Positions 12,879-25,084 of a stretch of DNA of 64,000 nt are shown here, piece by piece; within the stretch, counting starts at the first letter, position 1; each line of letters begins with the position of its first letter. The position numbers and the translations under genes are program-made. The stretch is from Octopus sinensis (Eukaryota): contig NC_043002.1 in the NCBI RefSeq assembly GCF_006345805.1, positions 21,328,001 through 21,392,000 of the forward strand. The letters are read 5' to 3'. Below the pieces are notes generated by a model that saw nothing but the letters and a program-made list of their open reading frames with translations, did no database searches and was not told where the DNA came from.

Positions 12879-13430
12879 TATATGTATGTATGTATGTATG
12901 TGTGTATGTATGCATGCATGCATGCATGTATGTATGTATGTATGTATGTATGTATGTATGTATGTATGTATGTATGTATGTATGTATGTATGTATGTATG
13001 TATGCATGCATGCATGCAATGTATTTATGTATGTAATGTATTTATGTATGTATGTATGTATGAGAGTGTAAAAAGGCAGATAGATAATAAGCTTCAGAGA
13101 TAGAAAGAAAGACCAAGAGATTCAGGGATAGTGGGTGGGAGAAAAAAAAAGCCAATGAAGTGGGTGGGTGGGTGGGTGGGTTGGTGGTATAATAATAAAA
13201 TATTTAAGAGAAATAATTAAACGTGCTTACGAAAAAGGGGGAGCATAAAAAAGAGGAAGAGAGAAAGCAGGTGAAAGAACTTTATTGTTTTGTAGAATAC
13301 GATACAATGTTAGTAGGTAGGCGGTGAAATATGTGAAATATGTTATAATGTAGGTTAAATGGACAAAGAATCAGTGACCTGTCATTAAAAGACTTCCATC
13401 TAACATAACATTTATAGCTCCCTAACTCGA

Positions 13431-13581
13431 GTGTGCAACCATCGTCATAATCTTCATCATCATCATCATCATCATCATTATTGTCGCCGTCGTCGTCGTC
13501 GTCGACATCAACGTCATCGTCATCGCCACCATCATCAGAGACACGGACGCCGTTATCTTCGATTTCGTTATCATCATCATC

Positions 13582-13643
<62 letters not shown>

Positions 13644-13670
13644 CATCATCATCATCATATCACCATCATT

Positions 13671-13707
<37 letters not shown>

Positions 13708-13895
13708 CTACCATTATCATCATTATCATCGTTGTTGTCCACCATCATCGCCATCATTATTGTCATCATCACAATCGTCGTCATCGTCCTCCTTCTTTTC
13801 TTCCTCCTCTTCCTCCCTTTATCCTCCTCATTATCATCGCCATTATCCCCAACATCATCGTCTTCGTCGAACGCGTTATCATCATCATAAGCTCT
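13431..13895. repeat. Compound (CAT)n/(CAG)n/(CGT)n trinucleotide repeat
   Basis: Direct. Confidence 0.9.
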
Positions 13896-14239
13896 CTGGG
13901 GCGACCTGGAGGCGCTCCTTTGCTGGATTGTGGGGTAAAAAGTCTTGTTATTATTGATTAGGTCAGAATTGATTGAAAAGCCACAGCGACACCATTGCAA
14001 TACTTTCGGGACTAATGAGACGAATAGAGGAAGATGATGTTTCCTATCTCACTTCTCTCGAATACTTTCGGTAGAATGGACTCAGCCGAAGATACCCAAA
14101 AGTCTTGGAAGTGAGGTGTTGGTGTGAGACCAGGAAATGATTCCTTGGAAGTGAAGGCTGCGAAGTAGAAATGATATCATCGTCTGGGGACTAGGTCATC
14201 TATCTATTCAGTAAGAGTGATTCCTACCTGAGTTTACCT

Positions 14240-15657
14240 TCATAGATATGATTTTCGTTTTCAGGCAGCTCCAGGAAAAGTTCCGGGAGCAAAGCAAGCC
14301 ACTTTATGTAACATTTGTCGATCTGACGTAAGCGTTCGACACTGTGAGCAGGAAAGGTCTGAAGCAGGTCCTAAACCGGCTTGGCGGTCCCCCAAAATTC
14401 TTAACCATGATCATCCAGCTTCAGCAAGGACAAGTCCGCCTGAGTAACGACATATCAGAACAATCCCCCATCAACAACGGCGTGAAGCAGGGCTGAGTCC
14501 TCGTACCAACTCACTTCAGTATCCTCTTCGGCATGATGCTTCAACAGGCCACTGCGTACCTCGGCACTGAAGACGGCGTCTGCATCAGGTATCGTCTGGA
14601 CGGCAGTCTTTTCAACCTCCGGCGACTACTGGCTCACACCAAGACCCAAGAGTAACTGATCCAAGACCTCTCTTTACGGATGATGCTGCACTTGTCGAAC
14701 ACACAGAAAGAGCCCTGCAGCGCATCACGTCCTGCTTTGAAGAGGCCGCCCATCTCTTTGGGCTGGAAGTAAGCTTGAAAAAGACTGAAGTCCTACACCA
14801 ACCAGCTCTTCAGGAAGAATACAGGATGCCCCACATTGCCATTGCCGAAACAAAACTGAAATCAGTACAGCAGTTCACTTATCTTGGATGTACTATTTCA
14901 TCAGAAGCGAGTATCGACAAAGAAACTGACAACAGACTTGCAAAAGCAAACAAAGCATTTGGCAGACTGCTCAAGCGTGTGTGCAATAATAAGCTTCTTA
15001 AGATCATCACAAAAGTCAAAGTCTACAGGACCGCCATCCTCACGACGCTCTTATATAGCTCTAAGTCCTGGGTCCCCTACCGCTGTCATCTCAGGCTCCT
15101 AGAACGTTTTCACCAACGCTGCCTTCGTACCATCTTCGACAGCTACTGGAGCGACTACATCACCAACACTGAGGTCCTCAAGCGGGCAAGGTAACCAGCT
15201 TGGAAGTCATTTTACTTGAGACACGACTACATTGGGCAGAGTACATTGACAGGATGAAAGACCACCGCCTACCCAAGATCATCATGTACGGTGAGTTCAC
15301 CACTGGCCAACGAACAGCGGGGTACCAAAGAAGCGTTACAAGGGCTGCTTGAAGCGGTCCCTCAGCGTTTGTGACATAGATTATCGTGAGTGGTCCACTC
15401 TAACAGCTCACCGTGCTGCTTGGCGCCATACCATCAGCGTTGCTGTTTCCTCCGTTGAGATCTCTCGCAGGGCTTCTCTTGAAGACAAACATCAGAGGCG
15501 AAAAAATAATGCAGCTGCATCATCAGACCCTGAGCAATCATACCTCTGTCATCATTGCAATCGGATATGTCGATCCCACATCGGCCTTATCAGCCATGAA
15601 CGAGCGGGCTGACGACGTGGACAACAGCCTTCCTAATCTTCGTCAGCGAAGCCAAGA
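14240..15657 (+). mobile_element. RTE/BovB-like LINE 3' portion (degraded RT and C-terminal zinc finger)
   Basis: DMIFVFRQLQEKFREQ..LYVTFVDL.AFDTV, FTYLGCTISS, RLAKANKAFGRL, LERFHQRCLR, CHHCNRICRSHIGLISH. The 3' end abuts (TA)n. Confidence 0.9.
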
Positions 15658-15684
15658 TATATATATATATATATATATATTACT

Positions 15685-15890
15685 GCTTAGCGGACCTTGA
15701 AGCAATCCAGCGAAGCTTCACAAAGAAGATAGTCTCTTTGCAACAGCTCAGCTACTGGGAAAGGCTGAAACAGCTAAGACTCTAGTCCCTGGAGCGAATG
15801 CAGGAGAGGTATATGCAGTAATATGCATCTGGAAGATCCTGGAAGAAATTGTGTCAAATTTTGGCATTGAAAGCTACATCAATGCCAGAG
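15685..15890 (+). pseudogene. CR1-group LINE RT C-terminal fragment
   Basis: LEAIQRSFTKKI...SYWERLKQLRL*SLER, homologous in style to the ORF at 2307-4662. Confidence 0.7.
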
Positions 15891-16199
15891 AGGGAGAGAG
15901 AGAGGGGGGACAGAGACAGAAAGAGAAATGGGGAGTAGAGGCCACAATATAAGGGTCAGTAAGAACATTTGTATTGAAATATTTATCATAGAAGGTTATC
16001 AACACGTTGAGACAAGATGTTTTACACGTATTTAGATATATCTAATATCTGTTTTTCGTGAAAATTTCAAGTGAATGGAATAAATATTTCGTAAGTGATG
16101 AGGAAATAAACAAATAATCTTCTCAACTGCAACGGCCAAAATTTAAGGGTCACTTAGAAAAACAACGAAAAATGGAACAAGAACAAAAAAGAAACCCTT

Positions 16200-16450
16200 A
16201 CTATTAATATTTTGTGGACATCACTTTACTACCCATGACCTCCTGACATTTTTTACCACATGGCTGAATTAATTTCTTGCAAAATGGTGGAGTAATATTG
16301 TTCCAATCATTTTTCAGTAATTCCCAGAATTCATTTGGGTTCTTTGGATTTCTCCTTCGAGCCCCATCTCCAATAATCTTCCAAGCGTTTTCTATAAGGT
16401 TGAGATCGGGACTTTATGTGGCCAGTCCATGAAATCAACCCTTCATCACT
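16200..16450 (-). pseudogene. Tc1-type transposase C-terminal fragment
   Basis: DWP..(S)PDLNLIENAWKII...NPKNPNEFWELLKNDWNNI across a frameshift. Confidence 0.7.
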
Positions 16451-16959
16451 CAATATATATATAATAGGCGTGCGGTCCATTATAGAAACAAAATTGAAAC
16501 TATATTACTTCTTTTTCATAAGATCGTTCTTCTAATGTTCTGTAAAATTAATAACAACTACAAGACATCGTAGGCTTCAGACTTTTATTGTCGGAATTAG
16601 CATGAGACAAGCAGTGGCAGACGATATACAAAAAAATCTGTGCAAGAGAAGCAACACGAGCTGTAGCATCCTTTTCGATGTAATACTTAAATTTTTTTCC
16701 GATAAAAATTCCACTAAGGCAATTTTTTTCCAGTAAGAGCTGATAACGAACAGTTTTAGGTGGTAATAAATATGCACTTATATTAAGTTTCTGTCAATTC
16801 GCAATACCTATGATATATATAATGTTGCGTTGTTATGTAACACTTACATAGGAAAAGGGAAGAAAGTTGACATTCTGCATCCAGCAGAAAAACGGGGAAA
16901 AGATAACTTGCGCATAGTTTTTTTTCAACTAATATTTTATACTTTTTCAAATCACAGAA

Positions 16960-18060
16960 CACTCATTTTTTGTTCATTGTATGGCCCATAGATTAATTCT
17001 AGTTCTGTCTCAAGCGGTTGCAAATATTCAAGAATGAGATAAGTTTTTTTCACAAAGTTTTTTTCGTTATTTTTTTGTAAATCAACCAAACTCGTGCATC
17101 TATTAGATACTGGAATTAAAAAGCATTTTCCAAAAGTGGTGCCAACTCGCTGGAACTTGAAACCATTCGTTGGTAGAAACAGTTCGTGAATATCATGAAC
17201 AACTTGCTGATTTATTCCTAAACATCATTGATTATTCAAGTGAATGGGACATGGAAAGCTATACCTATGCTCAGGCGTTGTATTCTAGTTTACAAAATTT
17301 TGAATTCAGTTTTTTGTTAAATGTGTTTGGAGATATTTTTATTTACATAAATGCAGCAATTGACATCCTCCAGAAAAAAGCACCTGACATATCCTAGTGT
17401 ATTCGTAAAGTAAATGAAATTGTGAACGTTTTGAAAGAAAAAAGTATGAATTTTCTAAATTTTGGGATAACGTTGATGGCATTTATCCTCAAATGAAGAA
17501 AAGAAAAAAATGCGTTTGAAACAGAAGAAAGATGCAGATAGCTGTTCTACAAAATTATAGATTTAATTTGTGAGCAAATTGAGATACGATTTCAAACTTT
17601 TAATGAATTACATTTTCAGCACTTCTCGATCCAATGAGACGAAATAACGACGTCCAGGAAACATATCTAACTTGCCTTAAGCATTTTTATGGATACCATT
17701 TCGACAGCCAAAAGTTAAGAAGCGAAATTACTGCTTTGCATAAAGATGCTGAACTAAAATGAAAATCCGTTCAAGATTTACTTTACATTCTGCATAATAG
17801 TGGATTAGATGAAGCTTTGTCCCAGTTAACGAAGCGTTGTGAATTAATGTTAACACTACAAGCAACAAGTGCCACAATAGAGCGCTCCTTTTCATACCTA
17901 AGGAGAATTCATAATTGTACATGAAATTCGCAAGGACAAGAAAGGTTGAGCAGTTTAGCTCTAATTGGCATAGAAAAAGCCGTTTTAAAAAGCATTAAGA
18001 ACGATACGTTCTACAATGATGTTAACTACAATTTCAACAAGAGAGAAGGATTGAATTAAC
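16960..18060 (+). pseudogene. hAT (ZMYM/Ac-like) transposase relic
   Basis: PKVVPTRWN motif and dimerisation-domain-like ATSATIERSFSYLRRI...QERLSSLALIGIEK; multiple frameshifts. Confidence 0.8.
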
Positions 18061-18132
18061 ATTTAAATAAAATAGGTAAGTTTTAGCTGTGATGTTTTTA
18101 ATTTTAAAAATAGCTGCATAATATGAACATGT

Positions 18133-18438
18133 GGAGGCGCAATGGCCCAGTGGTTAGAGCAGCAGACTCACGGTCGTAGGATCGCGGTTTCGATTCCCAG
18201 ACCGGGCGTTGTGAGTGTTTATTGAGCGAAAACACCTACAACTCCACAAGGCTCCGGCAGGGGTGGTGGCGATCCCAGCTGTACTCTTTCGCCGCAACTT
18301 TCTCTCACTCTTTCTTCTGTTGGCCTGCTCGCTTAGCCAGTGGGGTGGCGTCATTTGAAGGCTAAAACAATGCGAAGCGCATTGTGACCAGCGATGTGCA
18401 GTAACATCTGATAGCCTGGTCGGTCACATGATCACGTG
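18133..18438 (+). mobile_element. tRNA-derived SINE family D, full length, 13-bp TSD
   Basis: Head GGAGGCGCAATGGCCCAGTGGTTAGAGC...GTTTCGATTCCC; TSD AATATGAACATGT at 18120-18132 and 18439-18451. Confidence 0.9.
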
Positions 18439-19342
18439 AATATGAACATGTCAATTTGATTCAAATATCTATGTAACAGAAAATTTTGATCATTGTTTCC
18501 CCATGACTAGAGGAAAAATGCTCAATAGATAACATAAAAATATTTATATATATGTGTGTGTGTGTCGTAGACATATTTTTACAATATCTACTGAGTACTT
18601 TTCCTCTAATCATATTAACAGACACACGCGTGTTATTCACTGAGTTACCTGACGAGAGTTTTAAGCGTGAGTGATCTCGTTTATTTCATGTGATTTAACC
18701 TCCAGTCGTTGAACAGTAGTTGAAAATTTCCTTTATTCTCCTAATTTTCTGATATTAAGTCTGATGTTTTCGAAAAATATTGAATAATTCACGTTATAAA
18801 AATATTTTGGAGAAAATAGTTTCGTTTTGTAACATAATGAAAATGTATTCTTGTATTTTAGCTCATAAAAATTATTCACTTCAATATTTTTTATTGTTTT
18901 ACCCCAATAAAAGTTCCCTACCAAACAAATTGATATCGAAACTCGATAAACTTCAAAAAGAAATCACCAATAGCTAAAGAAGCCGGTTGTTAAACGGTAT
19001 AAAAAGTTACTTTCATCGACCCTCAAAATAAATTTCTAGTATTAAGTATTTTTTGAATAAACAAATACTTCTTTTAGTATTTGTAAGTGTGTGAGACGGT
19101 GTGAAATGAGAAACATTTGCTTGCTTTTTATGGTAGTCAAATTTTTATGCGGTCTCGGAAATAACGAAATATAGAGAGAATGGAGTGTCGGAAGGAACAC
19201 GAAGCAGAAGCAGTTTTAATATAATAACATCCTTACTTTCATAAAATATTTTCTTTATTTTCTTCAACGTGTTTCCTTTATATTCCTGAACTCAACAGAA
19301 ACAAATGTACTTAAAATGGCGTGTACAATGTATAACTATATC

Positions 19343-19997
19343 TATATATATAAAACTCAACTTGTGTGTCTGTGTGTTTAACTTCCCGGCACATTTCCTC
19401 CTAGCCAACAAATCGTAGAACCACCAAAAATGGGTCACTTAAAGTTTAGGCGAATGAAAATTGAACTACGCTATTTCTGTTCCGAAATTCATCTCGCAAG
19501 TGCAAAAATCGATAATGTGTTTGTTTAGGCCTTATCCCATGCATTGAATAGTGAACTTTACTCAGTCAGCTGTTTGACGTGAACTGCGTTCACCGCGCGT
19601 GCAAGCATGCGTAAATTGCATGAAAAATAAAAAATCAAGATATAAAAACGAATCGCCGTAAACATTCGGCAAAGAAATGAATTTTCGGGATGTAGCCTGG
19701 AGGGTTTTTTCGTATTAATCGTTTGGACTTTGTGAACACATACCAATTGTTTTCATAACATTTTTAACGCTTTGAATTAAATGTGACCATTTTGCGTTGA
19801 GTCTGCAGTTTGAATCGCTTTAACCAAATTTTAGCAGGCCGGATTTTTGATCATCACGATACATCGCCAGCGACTCCCTGAAGCTCTCCCCTGAAATCCC
19901 CTTTGAGAAATCTATTATATATATAATAATACTTTGAATGTGGCTCCTGAGAAAGAGTAAAAGTAATTATCCGATGAACGACTGGTATTACTGCTAG
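19343..19997 (+). mobile_element. Non-autonomous Helitron
   Basis: A|TC 5' end (TCTATATATATAAAACTC) and 3' ...GGTATTACTGCTAG|T with a degenerate subterminal hairpin. Confidence 0.65.
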
Positions 19998-20191
19998 TCT
20001 ATTATAAAATCAATTTTTGCAGCTTCAAAAAGGACTTTATAATAACGGGTCAAAACAAATTTTTATATTTGAGTCTAATCTCAGTATTGAACCTCGTCAT
20101 TGGTAAATATTTGTTGTTATTCTAGAAGTTGCTATCAAATAACAGCCTTAATTTATCATTTAATTATGTAAATGAAATAATAACCATAATA

Positions 20192-20575
20192 GCCGCAGGA
20201 GTGGCTGTGTGGTAAGTAGCTTGTTTACCAACCACATGATTCCGGGTTCAGTCCCACTGCGTGGCACCTTGGGCAAGTGTCTTCTACTATAGCCTCGGGC
20301 CGACCAAAGCCTTGTGAGTGGATTTGGTAGACGGAAACTGAAAGAAGCCCGTCGTATATATGTATATGTATATGTTTGTGTGTCTGTGTTTGTCCCCATA
20401 GCATTGCTTGACAATGTCCCCGTTACTTAGCGGTTCGGCAAATGAGATCGATAGAATAAGTACTGGGCTTACAAAGAATAAGTCCCGGGGTTGAGTTGCT
20501 CGATTAAAGGCGGTGCTCCAGCATGGTCGCAGTCAAATGACTGAAACGAGTAAAGAGTAAAGAGTAAAGAGAGTA
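20192..20575 (+). mobile_element. SINE family B copy
   Basis: tRNA-like head, internal TA/TG microsatellite, (GAGTAAA)n tail. Confidence 0.85.
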
Positions 20576-21059
20576 TAATTTGACATCTAATTATACTAAT
20601 AAGGGCAATCTTTATATTCTCCTTAACAAGGATGCTTTGTTAAATTGGATATAATAATTACACTTTGGTATTAATACTACTTCCGTCACAAATAATTAAT
20701 TTATACTAGTAAAGTTTTTACATCAATATATACCTTTACAATGACAGCTTCAAGTGAACTTCAAGCTGTCATAGTAAACATTAATTTCCCCGCATGACAT
20801 TATTAAACTATATATGCTACTTGAGACATGTCAATATTAATACATGTTTCTTTACTGCACTTCAACAACAAAAAAACTTGAGCAAATTACTACTACAAGT
20901 AAACCTTTACACTAAATGATGAAAAATATTCCATCCTCACAAAAAAGGGGTGGGGCAGACATTTAAAAAGAACTGAGAAAATTTCTAACTGTAGGCACAA
21001 TTTTGCAACCTGAAAATAGTCGATCGTTGAAGATGGCTCCACTACACTCCTTCAAAACG

Positions 21060-21370
21060 GTTGAGAAGGCATATTAAAGAAGGGCAATACTACCTATGTT
21101 TTGTAGTAATGGGGAAAAGGTTGTGCGGTAAAATGCTCAACTTTTTCAAGGTCCACCTGGAAAGGAAGATGAGAGTAGAGAAAGGAGTGTTGTCATTCAG
21201 CACATTTGTCAAAAGTTGTGTTACTGAGACGAAAAGAGAATATATAGGCTTACACTGTATCGGAGAGCAGCAGTCAGGAAAACATCTGTGTACCAGGAAG
21301 ACTGTATCATCCCTGTATTCATATATTCTATACGCTATGTATAGTTTTTACTTTATTTTCCCTCCCCTCA
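21060..21370 (+). pseudogene. Possible L1/Tx1-type LINE 3' fragment
   Basis: FFKVHLERKMRVEK resembles remembered Tx1-like ORF2 C-termini; unverified. Confidence 0.3.
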
Positions 21371-21721
21371 TTTCCTTCTCACCCGATTTTATGTAAACCC
21401 TCACAAAAATCGTAACCTATCTTTGTAAAGTCTCCTTCATTCAATGCTTCTGGTTTTAAAAAATTGTTGTTGTAACTGTTATTATTGCCAGAAACGTTCG
21501 CACGCCAGACAAAATACTTACTATCATTTCTTCTGGCTTTGCGTTCTGAGTTCAAATGCCGTCGAGGTCGACTTTCCTTTTCATCCTTTCGGGGTCGATA
21601 AAATAAAGTACCAGTCAAGTACAGGGTTCGATGTAACTGGCTTGCTCCCTCCTCAAAAAAAACTGCTGGAATTGTGTCAAATTTAGATTATTATTATTAT
21701 TATTATTACTATTATTATTAT

Positions 21722-22318
21722 TCAGTAGTTTTATTTTTATAGCGTGCTTTCACTTCACTACCGAGCGCAGCTCTGTGTGCCTTGGGTATGTGCTGTGATT
21801 TGTTGTGATGCTCTGATGGTTATTGTATGGAAAGTGTTCTGCGTAGGATGTGTGCAGTGCCTAGTAGTGCAATTTTCTGTATGTTATATGTGTTTGTAAG
21901 TCCTGGTGTTTTTGTTATGTATTTGTCTGAATATTTTTTTATCTTGCCTAATGCACCTACTATGATAGGAATTGTTTCTGTTTTCAGATTCCACATTCTA
22001 GTTACCTCTATTTCCAGGTCTTTGTATTTTGGGAGTTTCTCCATTTCTTTTAGAGACACGTTGTCATCAGCCCGTATTGATACATCAATTAGAAAGCATT
22101 TTTTTTCTTCATGATCTCTGACAACTATATCTGGTCTGTTGGCCTTAATTTCTCTATCTGTGTGTATCGGCATATCCCAGAGTATGGTTGTTTTCTCGTT
22201 TTCTGTGACCTTTTCTGGTGTGTGCCTATACCATCTTTTTTCTGTTGTTATTCCATAATGTTGGCATAGCTTCCAATGTATGTAGGTTCCAACTCTGTCA
22301 TGTCTGTGAATATATTCC
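21722..22318 (-). mobile_element. Dong/R4-like RLE LINE 3' fragment within (TAA)n, copy 1
   Basis: NRPDIVVRD..KKCFLIDVSI...EKLPKYKDL..EVTRMW...IPIIVGALG...IQKIALLGTAHILRR; (TTA)n on both flanks. Confidence 0.9.
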
Positions 22319-22330
22319 TACTATTATTAC

Positions 22331-22369
<39 letters not shown>

Positions 22370-22390
22370 GATTATTATTATTATTATTAT

Positions 22391-22946
22391 TGAGTGAGAT
22401 AGCAGCGCATGCCATCAAAGGGACATTGCGGTAAAATATACGAAGCCCAGTATACCCATTATGACTACCTCTCTGATAAGGGTACACTAAGCACATGCAT
22501 CACAACCATATGTGCGCGACATAGTGATCTCATATCAAAATAAACAAGATATGACCTTGCAGGTGGGGCCCAGTTATAATTTTCTTTAGGTCGAGTAGCC
22601 CATCCCACTCAAAAGGTCCCTGAATAAGGGTTACTTAAGGATGTTGAACGAAACACCTGTTTCTAAAAGTGAATTATCCAAACCCCAAAGAATTCCTCTC
22701 AAGACATGGCTATAGTGCTCTCCCACTACTTCTGCTCGTGATCTGAGATGCACATATTGTCAGTCTCTAAGGGACATGCTCAACTGGTTAAGGTCAAGCA
22801 ACTGACAGGCAGATCTGTGGTATTGAGTAGAATATTTGCTATAGCCCATCTTTTATACCAAAACAAAACACTGTACGTGGTAACACTTCCAATAAGTTAA
22901 GATCAGAAGCCATACGAGACATTACCTGGTACTGCATCAGAGCATT
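22391..22946. mobile_element. Unclassified ~555-bp element embedded in (TAA)n
   Basis: Non-coding, sharply bounded by (TTA)n at both ends, and located between two Dong-like fragments. Confidence 0.5.
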
Positions 22947-22981
22947 TATTATTATTATTATTATTATTATATTATCATCAT

Positions 22982-23383
22982 TCTGTAGTTTTATTTTTAT
23001 AACGTGCTTTCACTTCACTACCGAGCGCAGCTCTGTGTGCCTTGGGTATGTGCTGTGATTTGTTGTGATGCTCTGATGGTTACTGTATTGAAAGTGTTCT
23101 GCGTAGGATGTGTGCAGTGCCTAGTAGTGCAATTTTCTGTATGTTATATGCGTTTGTAAGTCCTGGTGTTTTTGTTATGTATTTGTCTGAATATTTTTTT
23201 ATCATGCTTAATGCACCTACTATGATAGGAATTGTTTCTGTTTTTAGATTCCACATTCTAGTTACCTCTATTTCCAGGTCTTTGTATTTTGAAAGTTTCT
23301 CCATTTCTTTTAGAGACACGTTGTCATCTGCTGGTATTGATACATCAATTAGAAGGCATTATTTTTCTTCATGATCTCTGACA

Positions 23384-23385
<2 letters not shown>
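22982..23385 (-). mobile_element. Dong/R4-like RLE LINE 3' fragment, copy 2
   Basis: About 95% identical by eye to 21722-22125, with a different 5' truncation; flanked by (TTA)n and (TTC)n(TTA)n. Confidence 0.9.
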
Positions 23386-23482
<97 letters not shown>

Positions 23483-23552
23483 CATTATTATTTAGATATA
23501 CTTAGAAAAATACACTTAATATTATCTTTCTGTGTGTGTGTGTTGTGTGTGT

Positions 23553-23595
<43 letters not shown>

Positions 23596-23933
23596 ATGTG
23601 TGTGTGTTTATGTGTGTATTGATTAAATTAGTGCGCATAGCGTGATTCAAAATAGATAAAAGGGTCTATATTAAGGTACATTAATATTTGCTATTCATGT
23701 ATTTTAGTGGATATTTAATGTCAGAAAAGCAATATATCATTTTCTTAGAAATAGTAATAATAACCTAACTATGATACGATCTCGAAATTGGAGTTAAAAG
23801 CTAAATTTTAAAAGAATTTTAGAATATTGTTTATCATACTGGAGAATTATGCATTTGATTTTTTCAATTTAGGTGGATATGTTAATGATGTCTTTTTCTC
23901 GAAATGCATAAAACTGGATGATGGTTTGTTAAA

Positions 23934-23973
<40 letters not shown>

Positions 23974-24102
23974 AAAAAAGCCATAACTCTTTGACTGCTA
24001 TTTCTAAATTCGGTGTGTGGTGAGGCAAATCGTTACCCTTAATTACTTAGTATATATATATATATATATATATTATACATATCTATACATTCATGCATAT
24101 AT

Positions 24103-24134
<32 letters not shown>

Positions 24135-24254
24135 CATATATCATTGATTTTAGTATTTGCACCCTTTTTTTATAATTGATATATGAGATTCTGAATTTTG
24201 TTGTGAAATGGTGATCACGGTGAAACTTTGAAGTGATTGCCGTCTCTAATACTA

Positions 24255-24370
24255 AATATATAACAAGTTTAGTTTGACGCTCTTGAAGGCGAGAAAGTCT
24301 TTTACGTTTCGAGCCTACGCTCTTCAACAGAAAGGAACACGAGGAGATAACCAGTGAGAGAATAAAAAAA
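24255..24370 (-). ncRNA. Short element with a minimal hammerhead-like motif (Penelope/retrozyme type)
   Basis: Minus strand 24330-24303 reads CTGTTGA-AGAGC-GTAG-GCTC-GAAA-CG-TA; homologous to 50465-50600. Confidence 0.45.
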
Positions 24371-24409
24371 CTTTATATATATATATATATTAATACACAC
24401 ACACACACA

Positions 24410-24447
<38 letters not shown>

Positions 24448-24489
24448 CTCACAAAATTCTGCACAGTGTTCAACTATGAATTTCAATCA

Positions 24490-24546
<57 letters not shown>

Positions 24547-24609
24547 TTCGTGTACGTACGTATGTATGTATGTATGTAAAATATATGTATAATATATATA
24601 TGTATGTGT

Positions 24610-24935
24610 GAAGGCGCATATCTCAGTGGTTAGAGTTCGGACTACAGTCATGAGGTAGTGAGTACGATTCCAGGACCAGGCTGTGTGTTGTGCTCTTGAG
24701 CAAGACACTTTATTTCACGTTGCTCCAGTTCACTCTGTTGTAAAAATAAGTTGAGACGTCACTGGTGCCAAGCTGTATCGGCCTTTCTTTGGATAACATC
24801 GGTGACGTGTGGAGGGGAGGCTGATATGCATGGCCGATTGCTGGTCTTTCATATAGAATTTTACCCGGATTTGTGCCTCGGAGTGGAGCTTTCTAAGTGC
24901 AATCCCATGGCCATTCATGACCGAAGGGGGTATTT
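24610..24935 (+). mobile_element. tRNA-derived SINE, family C-related
   Basis: Head GAAGGCGC...CAGTGGTTAGAGTTCGG and GAGCAAGACACTTTATTTCACGTTGCTCCAG, shared with 33233 and 62860. Confidence 0.75.
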
Positions 24936-25084
24936 TAAATACGTATGAGTGGGTGTAGATTGAGAAAGAGAGAGAGAGAGAGAGAGAGAGATAGAGTCAA
25001 AAGATTTAGGAATACTATTTTATTTTAATTCCTTCTTTCGAGCCATCAGAAATAGACAAGAAATATATTCTTTCCTATTCTAGG

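Noticed and set aside
13422-14000. Poly-Asp/Met/His/Ser ORFs
   Set aside because: Trinucleotide repeat open in many frames, with no coding context.
13975-14225. Apparent exons on either strand
   Set aside because: The plus frame (ILSGLMRRIEEDDVSYL...RCWCE) has stops and looks more like a decayed L1/Tx1 fragment; not supportable as a gene.
20738-20772. 14-bp hairpin ATGACAGCTTCAAG/CTTCAAGCTGTCAT
   Set aside because: Too short for a pre-miRNA and has no supporting context.
22885-22945. Short similarity to U2 snRNA (ACCTGGTACTGCA)
   Set aside because: Only about 13 nt and not collinear with the rest of U2.
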